64,000 bases of DNA, from positions 1-64,000 of the IMG/VR virus record IMGVR_UViG_3300022674_000045; one strand, written 5' to 3'. Below are positions 9,981 to 19,655 of this stretch, piece after piece. Made by a program: the position numbers and the translations under genes. Source of the DNA: a virus. The notes beneath the pieces are model-generated. The model was given only the letters and a program-made list of their open reading frames with translations, made no database searches and was not told the origin of the DNA. Numbering within the stretch: the first letter of the stretch is position 1; each line of letters starts with the position of its first letter.

Positions 9981-10502
9981 ATGATACACGGAGTTAAAGA
10001 TCAGCCAGTTAAGGAACGATTTACCGTATCTGATTCGAGCGGTAATTTGATATCTGGTATTGATACAACTGCATTTACAGCATATTTATATACTCCCGAT
10101 GGAATTGAAGTAGCAGGATCAAAATCTGACTATTTTAATGAACTTGGGGATGGTAATTATGAATATGTATTTACTCCGGATGTGAATGGTGTGTGGTATG
10201 CAAATGTAACAAACCCAAACTATTTTCCTTGGGGAAAGAATGATGATATCTATGTGGATGATACTGATCTTTCAGGTATTTATGAAATTGTTAGAAGAAC
10301 TCTTGGATTAGTACATCACAATTTCTATATTGATAATGCAACATATGATGAGTTTGGAAATATGATTTCTGCTCGAGTTAGAATCTATGATTCAGCATCT
10401 AATGTTGGAACTAATGCGGGTGTTATTGAAACATATTTAATAACATCAGAAGCAGAAGCTTGTGGGCAATTCAATTTCTGGAAACAGGTTGTAACCCCGT
10501 AA
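9981..10502 (+). CDS. Hypothetical virion protein with Ig-like N-terminus
   Basis: SD AAGGAG; ELGDGNYEYVFTPDVNGVWY is a typical Ig-like/BppU-like strand pattern. Confidence 0.6.
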   Translation: MIHGVKDQPVKERFTVSDSSGNLISGIDTTAFTAYLYTPDGIEVAGSKSDYFNELGDGNYEYVFTPDVNGVWYANVTNPNYFPWGKNDDIYVDDTDLSGIYEIVRRTLGLVHHNFYIDNATYDEFGNMISARVRIYDSASNVGTNAGVIETYLITSEAEACGQFNFWKQVVTP

Positions 10503-10508
10503 CAAGTT

Positions 10509-10523
10509 TAGAACAAAATAAAA
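10509..10523 (+). promoter_or_regulatory. Putative late promoter, class L (TAGAACAAAATAAAA)
   Basis: Motif recurs upstream of virion-region genes; the 21-nt TAACAAGTTTAGAACAAAATA is identical to the copy at 27363-27383. Confidence 0.7.
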
Positions 10524-10535
10524 AGGGAGAGCAAT

Positions 10536-10736
10536 ATGTCAGTTTCAATCGCAACTATGGGTATGTTTAATCCATGTTGTGGGGGTGCTCCCGGCGGTGG
10601 AGGTGCTCCACCATATAGACAAAATGAACAAATTGTTAAACCACGTGTTTTAGTTAAACACGTCGAGATGGAAACTAAAAATTCCTTAGAGGATTATTTA
10701 GATAAAATCAAAGTTAAGTTAATAGACTTTGAGTAA
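10536..10736 (+). CDS. Small hypothetical protein
   Basis: SD GGGAGAG; 66 aa ORF. Confidence 0.65.
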   Translation: MSVSIATMGMFNPCCGGAPGGGGAPPYRQNEQIVKPRVLVKHVEMETKNSLEDYLDKIKVKLIDFE

Positions 10737-10755
10737 TTAAAATGGAGGGAAACCC

Positions 10756-11637
10756 ATGTTAAAATTAAACGTCAATCAAGAGAAACAATTGACTTTTGAA
10801 GTCCAAATTGGCGGCGTTCAATCAGAGCAGGTATCAAGTCATTTAAGAATTGATATTGATGGTATTGAATACGGATTTCCTGCTGAGGTAGGTCGTGAAG
10901 CAATTACTGTAAATCTTCCTCCTCTCAGAACCGTTACTGCAAGAAAATTAAAAGAAGGTGAAGAAGTCAGCGTTAAATTGGAGATTATTGCTGATGGTAA
11001 TTATTTGACACCATGGCAAGATACTTTCAGACTCGCAAATCCTTTAGTTATTGAAGCCAAGATTGTGGATGATGATTTCAACTCAGCCCCTGCTTTTAAA
11101 ACCAAACTTGTTACAACATCTGGAAAAGTCGGTGAAAGAAAACAAGGTGTTATGGTTGAGCAAGTTGAGGAAAAAGAAACTCCTATTCATGAAAGTTCTG
11201 AAGACGATCTTACAGAAAGAATCGTAAACAAACTTGCTGAAAAACTAGGAAAGACTTTTAGCAAGAAAACAATAAAAGAAGATGAAGCACCTGCACCAGA
11301 TGGATCTGAACCAGAAGAAGGTGAGGATGAAGATGATGTGGAAGAAATTCTAGCACCACAAAATAGACCACAAGGTGGTTTCGGGTCAATTGGCGGAACT
11401 AGAACTTCTGGTGGGTTTGGGTCAATAAAAGGAAAACCAAGAGAAAGTAAGAAAATTAATCCCAAAGATTTATTGAATATGACTGAAGAAGGTGTCTATG
11501 CATATATGGAAAGAGCAGGAACAAAAAACCCACAAGTTCAAAAGATTGTTTATGAACAAGCTGAAACTGCTGCTCAATCATCAAAACCATACAAGGTATT
11601 GGCGCAAGTAGTTAGAATTCTTAAAAATAAAAAATAA
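10756..11637 (+). CDS. Hypothetical (possible head/internal) protein with acidic disordered C-half
   Basis: SD GGAGG; IHE/S and IKE/D sites resemble T4-type prohead protease sites. Confidence 0.6.
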   Translation: MLKLNVNQEKQLTFEVQIGGVQSEQVSSHLRIDIDGIEYGFPAEVGREAITVNLPPLRTVTARKLKEGEEVSVKLEIIADGNYLTPWQDTFRLANPLVIEAKIVDDDFNSAPAFKTKLVTTSGKVGERKQGVMVEQVEEKETPIHESSEDDLTERIVNKLAEKLGKTFSKKTIKEDEAPAPDGSEPEEGEDEDDVEEILAPQNRPQGGFGSIGGTRTSGGFGSIKGKPRESKKINPKDLLNMTEEGVYAYMERAGTKNPQVQKIVYEQAETAAQSSKPYKVLAQVVRILKNKK

Positions 11638-11656
11638 ATGGGGGTGATCCTACTTC

Positions 11657-11749
11657 TTGAGAGGCTGCATACGATTGATTTGGAGATTAAGACGTAGAAG
11701 TCAAATATGTAAATACAAATGTAAAAAAATAAAAAATAAGAGAATCTGA
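11657..11749 (+). CDS. Putative 30-aa cationic peptide (MRGCIRLIWRLRRRSQICKYKCKKIKNKRI) in the lysis cassette
   Basis: TTG start after GGGGGTGA; TGA ends 1 nt before the ATG of the DUF5675 gene; not in ORF track. Confidence 0.35.
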   Translation: MRGCIRLIWRLRRRSQICKYKCKKIKNKRI

Positions 11750-11750
11750 A

Positions 11751-12176
11751 ATGAGACAAGTAAATATATTTAGATTGAGAAGAAGCGATCAAGGGACAGA
11801 AGGTATTTTGACAACTGATGGCGGCTTTCAATGTAAAACTCTTGAACTTCCTTGGAAGGAAAACAAACAACAAATCTCTTGTATACCTCCCGCTGAATAT
11901 GATGTGGAAATAAGGTTATCTAATAAGTATGGTCGTATTTATTGGGTCAGACATGTTCCAAATAGATCTTATATTTTAATTCATTCTGGTAATTATGCCG
12001 GTGATGTTGAAAAAGGATTCAAATCTCATGTAATGGGATGTATCTTACTTGGTCTTAAAAGCGGTTTCTTAGGCGGACAGGTTGCTGTATTAAATTCGAG
12101 AGTTGCGGTTAGGCAGTTTATGGAAGAAATGCAATATGAAAAATTTAAGTTAATAATACAAGAAGCATTTAAATAG
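11751..12176 (+). CDS. DUF5675-family protein, putative endolysin/cell-wall peptidase
   Basis: GTEGIL...CKTLELPW...SCIPPAEY...RSYILIHSGN...GCILLG signature; adjacent to a holin. Confidence 0.8.
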   Translation: MRQVNIFRLRRSDQGTEGILTTDGGFQCKTLELPWKENKQQISCIPPAEYDVEIRLSNKYGRIYWVRHVPNRSYILIHSGNYAGDVEKGFKSHVMGCILLGLKSGFLGGQVAVLNSRVAVRQFMEEMQYEKFKLIIQEAFK

Positions 12177-12188
12177 GAGAACAATGAA

Positions 12189-12887
12189 ATGATACCCGGA
12201 TTAGATATTATACTGGGTGGGATAACGGGATTGATTGGAAATGCGTTTACCACTTGGTTTAAATACAAGAATGCTAAGATGGAATTTGATCATAAAGAAA
12301 AAATGGTTAGTCTTGAAACGCAAGCTATGATTCAAGAAGCTCAAATGCAAATTCAAGTCACCAAAGCAAGAATTGAAGGTGAAGTTGAATTAGCTGATTC
12401 CGCTGCTTTTGATACATCTCAAAAGATTGGTTCACAAAAGTTATTTAGTGAAAAATGGATTGACATGATAATGGCAGCTGGCGAGCGAAAATGGACTGGC
12501 TGGTTTTTTAAACTAATGGGAACAATAATTGCTGCTGCCTTTGCTTTAACAGATTGGTTAAATGGCATGATGAGACCAGTACTGACTATATATTTAGTTG
12601 GCGCATCATCTTATATAACTTATCTTGCATGGGTGGTACTTCAAAAAGCAGGATTTGAGTTAATATCAACAATGTCTGCAGTTTCTTTATTTGAGCAAGT
12701 ATCAAATACAATAACTTATTTAGCAGTATCTTGTGTAACATGGTGGTTTGGCGATAGAACAATGTCTAAATTTTTACAAGAGCAAGGAGCAAAGAGAAGT
12801 GGAACGAGAAATACTCCGTCAGCTCCTGGAGGAAAACCAGGTAACCCAGGAAAGAAACCTGGAGGAGGCGGAGATGTGGATCTTTAG
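12189..12887 (+). CDS. Holin (GTA 3TM-holin-like)
   Basis: Hydrophobic segments with MRPVLT...WWFGDR motif typical of 3TM holins. Confidence 0.75.
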   Translation: MIPGLDIILGGITGLIGNAFTTWFKYKNAKMEFDHKEKMVSLETQAMIQEAQMQIQVTKARIEGEVELADSAAFDTSQKIGSQKLFSEKWIDMIMAAGERKWTGWFFKLMGTIIAAAFALTDWLNGMMRPVLTIYLVGASSYITYLAWVVLQKAGFELISTMSAVSLFEQVSNTITYLAVSCVTWWFGDRTMSKFLQEQGAKRSGTRNTPSAPGGKPGNPGKKPGGGGDVDL

Positions 12888-13335
12888 TAGAAAAGAACCG
12901 CCACCACCGCCACCAAAACCAAAAATCCCTGGATGGGTTTCAATCACTGTACCGATTGTGTTTGCAGTTGTCCTTGGATTACTTACTCTTGTTTATAACG
13001 GTATTGCAGGAGAGCTTAAAGAATTAAAAGATGACAAAGCTGACAAGGAAATAACATATAAACAAATAGAACAAAATCAAAAGATACTTGAAAAGCATCA
13101 AGAACAACTAGACAGTACATTAAAGGTTATTATTGAAATGCAGACTGAACAAAAAGCTATGAAGTATCAAACGGCTCCACCACCTCCAACAGGATTTAAA
13201 ATGTTGGAGCAACCTGCTGAAGTGAATAAACCTGTTTTGACACCTCAGCAGTTTGAAGCATATATGAAGATGAGTAAGGAAAATAGAGCTGCATTTAGAA
13301 AGTTGCATCCCTCATACGCAACGCTGCCAGAATAG
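12874..13335 (+). CDS. Single-TM coiled-coil membrane protein (possible spanin/antiholin)
   Basis: ATG at 12874 after GGAGGAGG; one TM helix followed by coiled coil; lysis-cassette context. Confidence 0.55.
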   Translation: MWIFSRKEPPPPPPKPKIPGWVSITVPIVFAVVLGLLTLVYNGIAGELKELKDDKADKEITYKQIEQNQKILEKHQEQLDSTLKVIIEMQTEQKAMKYQTAPPPPTGFKMLEQPAEVNKPVLTPQQFEAYMKMSKENRAAFRKLHPSYATLPE

Positions 13336-13347
13336 AAAGGAAGTTAA

Positions 13348-13917
13348 ATGGTTGACTACAAACAGAAAATTGTTGAGTTATTAGAGAATCATATGACAGA
13401 AAAAGGGTTTAAATTATGGTCAGGGATTAATTCAATTCTTCCAGACATTTGGGATAAACCCACTTCGTCAACAGGAAAGTGGCATAAAAAAATGAATGGT
13501 GAAGTGCCAACTCAGGCAGAACATGTATATCATTTGTTGTATGCAACATCTAAGATTATGAGATTGTTTGGTTATAAAAATAAAACGTCTGATGGTGACA
13601 AACTTTTATTTGCTGTTGCTTTACATGATTCTCTAAAATATGGGGCTCTTGGTAATAGAAAACATACTGATAATGGTCATGACAAAGAAGCTGCCGATAT
13701 GGTTGCTTCTAATAAGGAAACATTCTTAAAGGTTTTGAGCAAAGAACAATTTTATGTTTTGGAAGAAGCAGTTAGATTTCATTCTGGTCAGTGGAGCAAA
13801 GATGCTCCAAAAGATAAAAAGTTTGATTTTAAAGATTTCAATCCAGAGACATTGTTTGTGCATATCCTGGATATGATGAGCACAGCTGATTTAATTCAAA
13901 CTGATGTGAGGGAGTAA
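13348..13917 (+). CDS. HD-domain phosphohydrolase
   Basis: PTSSTGKWH...H...LHDSLK...H...HSGQW...HILD HD motifs. Confidence 0.85.
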   Translation: MVDYKQKIVELLENHMTEKGFKLWSGINSILPDIWDKPTSSTGKWHKKMNGEVPTQAEHVYHLLYATSKIMRLFGYKNKTSDGDKLLFAVALHDSLKYGALGNRKHTDNGHDKEAADMVASNKETFLKVLSKEQFYVLEEAVRFHSGQWSKDAPKDKKFDFKDFNPETLFVHILDMMSTADLIQTDVRE

Positions 13918-14589
13918 ATGGCAATTTGTTTAACTTCATATTCTTTGATTCCGGAGTTGCAACATTGGTTCAACAAATTTGTTATAAATTCGGAAGTCAA
14001 TAGAGATTTAGTACCCCCACCCACAGATATTGCGGAACCATACATGCCTGAAAATTCCTTCATTGAAATGTTATTTAACGATAACTACTCCAAAACATCT
14101 TATGATTATAGATATATAGCAGAAACAAATATGGGATGTATTCCCAGATCTGCTATTGCACGACTTCAAATATACCCTGGATCATGGCAATACTTGACAC
14201 TTGATCCAACAGGAACAAATATATTTGATTTACAAGCACATGATTTTGCATTATTAGATGCCCTATTGGCATTTAGAAATGGTGCAACAGATTCAACAAG
14301 TTTGATATTAATTGATTCGACTGGAGTTTCTTTTGTTTCTGATGCAACAGCAGGAATCTATATTTTATATGGAAGTTATGATTCTATCTCAACAGAATTA
14401 TCAAAATTAATATATCTTTATTTAAGACTAGAAACTTTGGGAGATTTTAGTTTGTATAATAATGAGACTCTTGTTTCATCAAGTTGTAATTTAATTGCGG
14501 CTTGTTTTGAAGCTTATTTGATTGACAAGTATTTTGCGTTTATGACTGAACGTGAACCTGATTTAATTTATGATTGTAATTGTGACTAG
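13918..14589 (+). CDS. Hypothetical virion (baseplate-region) protein
   Basis: ORF abutting the HD gene; lies before the gp7-like gene. Confidence 0.55.
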   Translation: MAICLTSYSLIPELQHWFNKFVINSEVNRDLVPPPTDIAEPYMPENSFIEMLFNDNYSKTSYDYRYIAETNMGCIPRSAIARLQIYPGSWQYLTLDPTGTNIFDLQAHDFALLDALLAFRNGATDSTSLILIDSTGVSFVSDATAGIYILYGSYDSISTELSKLIYLYLRLETLGDFSLYNNETLVSSSCNLIAACFEAYLIDKYFAFMTEREPDLIYDCNCD

Positions 14590-14602
14590 GAGATAAAATT
14601 TA

Positions 14603-17257
14603 ATGGCTCGTACTACTGATGATTTCTGGAAGTTACTTGAAGAAATTCAAGGAACTGATACAGATTTAACCGACTCTGTTAAAGCCATTGCTAAAAATGA
14701 GAAGACTGTTGCTGAACGTCTTTTCACAAACATCATTGATCAATTAGCATACAACAGTCGGGATAATGCAAGGTTGAGAAGCTTTCTCCGAGACTGGTAT
14801 GCAGCACATAGATCTCTAGTCACATATCAAGCAAATATATCTGATGTTTATCAAATGCCAAATGATCAACTTGATGATCTATTTCAAAGTTTTGGTTATG
14901 ACTTATCTGCAAGTTTAAGGGATCCTGTTTCAAACACCCCTCCATTAAATAAGATTAACTTTTTTCTTGATCTTGTAAATCTATATAAGATTAAAGGAAC
15001 CCCTCAAGCTCTAGTTGATGTCTTAAAATATTATGGTATTGTTGATGTTGATCTATACGAGATGTCATTGCAGTATGAAGATCGTCAGGGAAAAGGAACA
15101 TCTGATATTATCTTTAAGGGGAAGAAAATTGCAGGAACAACTGACGATGAGTCTCCAGTCTATTTACCATTTGATTTATTAACAGATAGGGATCCACATT
15201 GGCTTCAAACTGAACCACAGATTAGAAGTTTAGTTACGACAAACAAGATAAATTTTCCATCACAAACACCATACTTTACAATCAGGCCATTGTTTGATGA
15301 AGAAGCCACAGATGCAGCAACTGGTATGTTGCAAAGAAGAGTTCAAGATCAATATGATATTTGGGAAACTGCAGGTAAACCAGATGAGAGTACAACTCCT
15401 GTATTACCTCAAGACGCTGTAGTAACAATTACTGGCGATATATGTTCAATGTTAACTCTTTATTTATCATGTATTTATGTATTCAATAAAGAGTTTAATG
15501 TTGGGGCTCCAGCTACAAGATTTGTTTGTTATGATGGAACTAATACTGATTCTGTTGATATTATCGAAGAGTTTAGATCTATAACTTCGAAACCAACAAG
15601 TAGAGCAGATTATATAGCAAAATATAATCTATATTTAGATACATTTTCAAGACCTATTGCTATGAATTTTCTTCAGGATCACAATGATGCTGAAACACAA
15701 TTAGCAATATTGAATCCAACGGTTAAAGCAAATCTTGATTTACTTGCGACGGATAACATTACTGTCCTTGGAACATTGCTTAGAGATTTAGGCGAGTGGG
15801 TAAGAGCAAACATCAGTTATGGTTTTATAAACATGAGTTATATTCTTTTTGGTATTGACTCATTGTTTGGTCAGCTAAGAGATGTTATTGAATTTTTCAA
15901 ACCTTATAGAGCAAGACTTGTTCCATTGGAAATGATTGAGTTTAAAAATAGATTATTGAATAGTATTGTTGTTGAAGATAGAGTTGTACAAACTGCTGAT
16001 TTAACTTTTACTGATTATCTAATTGGTGATTCTATTCCATGTTGTTATGATGCCACATGCGCTGATGCAACTACATGTATAGATGCTGCATGTTCAACTC
16101 CTGTAAGTCCAAGAGAATATTATGACTGCGGATCATATCATGATATTGGTGCTGTAGTTGATAAGAACCATGTTGATATAGATGTGGTTCAAATTGTTAA
16201 TGACTATATGCATTGTCCATCTTCTGACACTACAGGATACGTCATTACAGAAATATTAGAGGGTGGGTATGAAACTCCTCAATCCTTTGCAGCTCCATTT
16301 GGATCTAGTACGGTTGATGTTGTATTTCCAAATGCATACACTCAAGATTCAACTAGTTATATTCCTGTAGTAGATTCAACAAATTACGTTCTTGCAGTAA
16401 ATATTTATAATAAAATAGATTCAAGTCCATCTATAATGCCTTTTGTTATTACGGATAAAAGACTTGATGGGTTTACTATTCAGTTTTCAGATGCATTTGA
16501 TTCTTCAAATTATGTTATCACATATGACATTATAAGTGATGCAACACAATATGGTTTCCAAAATATTAATGCAGCATCCAGTGAAGTGGACGTCATCTTT
16601 GCGTCTCCACAAGATTCTACTGACTCATTTACGATAACGGTTGAAAATTTAGATGATACTTCTGTTTCAATCTTTTTATATACTATAACAAACAAAACTG
16701 TTAATGGGTTTACAGTTAAATTTTCAGATGTAATGCCAACAGGAAATTATAGAATTGCATGGTCTTCATATCCACGTTCTATAAATAAACTACCTCCTCC
16801 ATTTCCTGAGCAAGAAATAATTTGTAGAAGTGGATTTGAACCTTTGTCTTATGGTAGTGATTCTGTAACTGTTTCTTTAGCACCAAATTATGAAATTAAT
16901 GATAATTATAACATTGTATTATCATTAATGAATACAGATGGTACGGCAATATCTCATTATGGTTATATTGTTACTGCAAAAGATATTACTGGGTTTACTG
17001 TTAAATTTTCAAGTCCAATTGATTCTACAAATTATGTATTATCATGGGCAATGCCTGTATCTTCAAGTATTTGGTTTAAAGATGGAACATGGATAAGACA
17101 AACAGGTCAATTCAGAGATTTTGATGTTGAAGGTACGTTTGATTGTACACATGGTTTTGATCAAGTTGATATTGGAATTTTTGATGATTTTAGTTTTCTA
17201 CTTCAAGAAAATGGGGACTATTTATTACAAGAAAGTGGAGATAGAATCCTCCTTTAA
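14603..17257 (+). CDS. Baseplate wedge protein (T4 gp7 / P2 gpI-like) with three C-terminal beta repeats
   Basis: LVNLYKIKGTPQAL and FFKPYRARL motifs; three repeats ending K...GFT[IV][QK]FS......NY at ~16300-17050. Confidence 0.65.
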   Translation: MARTTDDFWKLLEEIQGTDTDLTDSVKAIAKNEKTVAERLFTNIIDQLAYNSRDNARLRSFLRDWYAAHRSLVTYQANISDVYQMPNDQLDDLFQSFGYDLSASLRDPVSNTPPLNKINFFLDLVNLYKIKGTPQALVDVLKYYGIVDVDLYEMSLQYEDRQGKGTSDIIFKGKKIAGTTDDESPVYLPFDLLTDRDPHWLQTEPQIRSLVTTNKINFPSQTPYFTIRPLFDEEATDAATGMLQRRVQDQYDIWETAGKPDESTTPVLPQDAVVTITGDICSMLTLYLSCIYVFNKEFNVGAPATRFVCYDGTNTDSVDIIEEFRSITSKPTSRADYIAKYNLYLDTFSRPIAMNFLQDHNDAETQLAILNPTVKANLDLLATDNITVLGTLLRDLGEWVRANISYGFINMSYILFGIDSLFGQLRDVIEFFKPYRARLVPLEMIEFKNRLLNSIVVEDRVVQTADLTFTDYLIGDSIPCCYDATCADATTCIDAACSTPVSPREYYDCGSYHDIGAVVDKNHVDIDVVQIVNDYMHCPSSDTTGYVITEILEGGYETPQSFAAPFGSSTVDVVFPNAYTQDSTSYIPVVDSTNYVLAVNIYNKIDSSPSIMPFVITDKRLDGFTIQFSDAFDSSNYVITYDIISDATQYGFQNINAASSEVDVIFASPQDSTDSFTITVENLDDTSVSIFLYTITNKTVNGFTVKFSDVMPTGNYRIAWSSYPRSINKLPPPFPEQEIICRSGFEPLSYGSDSVTVSLAPNYEINDNYNIVLSLMNTDGTAISHYGYIVTAKDITGFTVKFSSPIDSTNYVLSWAMPVSSSIWFKDGTWIRQTGQFRDFDVEGTFDCTHGFDQVDIGIFDDFSFLLQENGDYLLQESGDRILL

Positions 17258-17327
17258 TTTATAGTTTCTAACCTACCCTAAATAGTTGTAATCCCTACTG
17301 TTTATTCCGGTTGATATCCTTTCTTTT

Positions 17328-17344
17328 TAGAACAAAAAATAAAA
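17328..17344 (+). promoter_or_regulatory. Putative late promoter, class L (TAGAACAAAAAATAAAA)
   Basis: Recurrent motif ~45 nt upstream of the ATG at 17389. Confidence 0.65.
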
Positions 17345-17388
17345 TTAAAATGTGTGTAAATCATCATTTTAGGAGGGATAAATAATAC

Positions 17389-18306
17389 ATGTCATTACTT
17401 AAAAAGGAAATTTTGAAATTAGCGAACAGCACAATATTATCAAATGCAGAAATAGCAAGATTGTGCGGTTGCTCCCCTCGTACTGTAAACAAGTATGCAG
17501 GATCCCATTCAGATAGATGTAAAGCTAAGATATGTCAAACGGAAGATTTATTTCAAGTTCAAAAGACTGTTTTACTTCCTGATATTCATTACCCACATTA
17601 TGAACAAAAGGTAATGGATTCTATAGAAGAATTTATCATTGATTATGATCCTGATGAGATTGTTTATATGGGAGATCAAATTTCATTAGACTGTATTTCG
17701 GGATGGAATGTAAGAAAACCTTTATTAAAAGAAGGACAAAGATTACTAAAAGATTATGATGGTTTTGATTATCATATTTTACAAACACATGAAAACATTA
17801 CAAGAGAAGATTGCCGAAGAACATTTATGATTGGTAATCATGAGCAAAGAGTGGAGTGGTATGTTCAAGAGCATCCAGAATTAAAAGGATTGATTGACAT
17901 TGATAAACATTTGAATTTAACAGAAAGAGGATACAAAATTATTCCTTATAATGAAATTCATAAGGTTGGAAAACTCAGTGTTATTCATGGATTTTATTGG
18001 AATAAATATCATGCTGCAAGAACCCTTGATGCATTTGAAGGGAACGTGGCATATGCTCATGTACATAATCCACAGATGTATGCAAAGGTTTCGCCTATTG
18101 ATAGAAAAGGATATCACACCGCAACATCATTACCGTGCATATGTAATATTAAACCAGACTATAAAAAGAATGCTCCAAACTTTTGGATTAATGGGTTTGG
18201 TGTTGTTGAACATCTTCCAGCTACAGGATTTTTTAATTTGTATCCAATCATTATTATTGATGGTTCATTTATGTATAATGGTCGATATTACGGAAAAGAT
18301 TTATAA
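17389..18306 (+). CDS. Calcineurin-like metallophosphoesterase with N-terminal HTH
   Basis: DIH, GD..D, GNHE, HG and AHVH motifs; SNAEIARLCGCSPRTVNKY HTH. Confidence 0.85.
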   Translation: MSLLKKEILKLANSTILSNAEIARLCGCSPRTVNKYAGSHSDRCKAKICQTEDLFQVQKTVLLPDIHYPHYEQKVMDSIEEFIIDYDPDEIVYMGDQISLDCISGWNVRKPLLKEGQRLLKDYDGFDYHILQTHENITREDCRRTFMIGNHEQRVEWYVQEHPELKGLIDIDKHLNLTERGYKIIPYNEIHKVGKLSVIHGFYWNKYHAARTLDAFEGNVAYAHVHNPQMYAKVSPIDRKGYHTATSLPCICNIKPDYKKNAPNFWINGFGVVEHLPATGFFNLYPIIIIDGSFMYNGRYYGKDL

Positions 18307-18307
18307 C

Positions 18308-18345
18308 AAAAAAAGAGTGGGGTTTGAAAATGGCCCCACTCTTAA
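18308..18345. terminator. Intrinsic (likely bidirectional) terminator
   Basis: AAGAGTGGGG/CCCCACTCTT stem with a 5' A-tract, between convergent genes. Confidence 0.8.
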
Positions 18346-18354
18346 TTCTCCTTC

Positions 18355-18699
18355 TTAGAAGGAAATTTGTACCTGTTTCCCTGTTGATGGGGAAACAATG
18401 ATCATCTTGCGAGCATCGAAATAAAGGACTCTATCGGGTCCAATAATTCGATGTGACATTCCAGGGTTAATGCTTTCAAGGGGCGTATTCGGAAGAACGC
18501 CTTTGATCTGTTGAACTTTGAGTCCACAACATTCCCAAACTTCTTTTTTTACGTTGTTGACTTTTTCATCCAACTCGTCTTTTTGCAAGACATTCATTTT
18601 TCCTAAACGACGCCTGCAAATTTCACACTCACCATGAACCCTTTCATCTGTTAAATCAAGGTTACGCTCTCTACCGCAACTATCGCAATATAGAAGCAT
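18355..18699 (-). CDS. Small Zn-ribbon protein
   Basis: CDSC...CEIC. Confidence 0.65.
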   Translation of the reverse strand: MLLYCDSCGRERNLDLTDERVHGECEICRRRLGKMNVLQKDELDEKVNNVKKEVWECCGLKVQQIKGVLPNTPLESINPGMSHRIIGPDRVLYFDARKMIIVSPSTGKQVQISF

Positions 18700-19262
18700 T
18701 AATCCTCCTTTACTTTGTTGAGGTTATAGTAAGATAATCCTCCTGAATACAAACCAAAGCCAATTGCTGTAGCTGTTCCAGGATATCCATATTCATCTAA
18801 GTTCTTTACATCAGACAGATCATCTCCTTGAGTTCCTCCTGTAATACCATAAACAAGACCTTCAAGAGAAGAGATTGCTGTGAAACCAACATTGAAATCA
18901 GAATACCTTGTTTTTGGGATGATTGTAAGAACTGTTCCAACTAATGCCTGAGCAATGAATCCTCCTGCACTGAAGAAAGCTTTTTGATCGTCGCTTTTAT
19001 CATCGTAATCATCAGCCCAGACTGCTTTTTTATCCCAGTCAAAGGATGGATCCATTCCAACAGACCTACCCGCCAGATAATGCCCTGCTTCATGGACTGC
19101 AAACGAAGTAATACCACCAATGACAATCGGAAGAACTTTTCTACCCTCGAAATCAGCTGGGTTGATTCCGAAGAATCTGAACTCCCAACCAGAGTCCCCT
19201 GCGTGTACGACCGCGGGTGTAATTAGAATGATCATTGTAAGAATAACAATTATTCTTTTCAT
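18699..19262 (-). CDS. Signal-peptide-bearing membrane zinc metalloprotease-like protein (HExxH, M50-like)
   Basis: Start 19262 (MKRIIVIL...VHA) after GGAG; AVHEAGH; downstream TM segments and a SD motif. Confidence 0.6.
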   Translation of the reverse strand: MKRIIVILTMIILITPAVVHAGDSGWEFRFFGINPADFEGRKVLPIVIGGITSFAVHEAGHYLAGRSVGMDPSFDWDKKAVWADDYDDKSDDQKAFFSAGGFIAQALVGTVLTIIPKTRYSDFNVGFTAISSLEGLVYGITGGTQGDDLSDVKNLDEYGYPGTATAIGFGLYSGGLSYYNLNKVKED

Positions 19263-19281
19263 ATAGACTCCTTCCATAGTG

Positions 19282-19473
19282 TTATCTTTCTCTTTCCTCT
19301 TTTCTGGCCAACTTCCATTTTTCAAATTCTTCGTGAAAGTTCTTTCCCTCGCTTTCAATCTTTTCTTTTGCTTTCATGATTATACGAGAGTATGCCATTC
19401 CATTTTTAAGATCGGCACGCATAAAATCAACCATTGATTCCCACTCCAAACTTCCAATTTCTGGCATTGCCAT
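19282..19473 (-). CDS. Small hypothetical protein
   Basis: SD AGGAGG; first gene downstream of a class E motif. Confidence 0.7.
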   Translation of the reverse strand: MAMPEIGSLEWESMVDFMRADLKNGMAYSRIIMKAKEKIESEGKNFHEEFEKWKLARKEERER

Positions 19474-19523
19474 AATAGTCCTCCTTGATAAAATAAGTTA
19501 ATATGGGTTTAATTCTTTCACCT

Positions 19524-19538
19524 ATTAATATATATAGA
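19524..19538 (-). promoter_or_regulatory. Putative early/non-structural promoter, class E (TCTATATATATTAAT)
   Basis: Exact 15-mer found three times, each upstream of an opposite-strand island. Confidence 0.75.
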
Positions 19539-19559
19539 AGGACAACATCTAAACAATTT

Positions 19560-19574
19560 TAGAACATATAAATG
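19560..19574 (+). promoter_or_regulatory. Putative late promoter, class L (TAGAACATATAAATG)
   Basis: Recurrent motif, divergent from the class E copy. Confidence 0.6.
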
Positions 19575-19655
19575 AAACCCCTACATGGTATTCACTAACA
19601 GACTTTAAGCAAAAAATTGAGGGTTTAGTCTGTACCCTGTAAAAGGAGAAAAACC

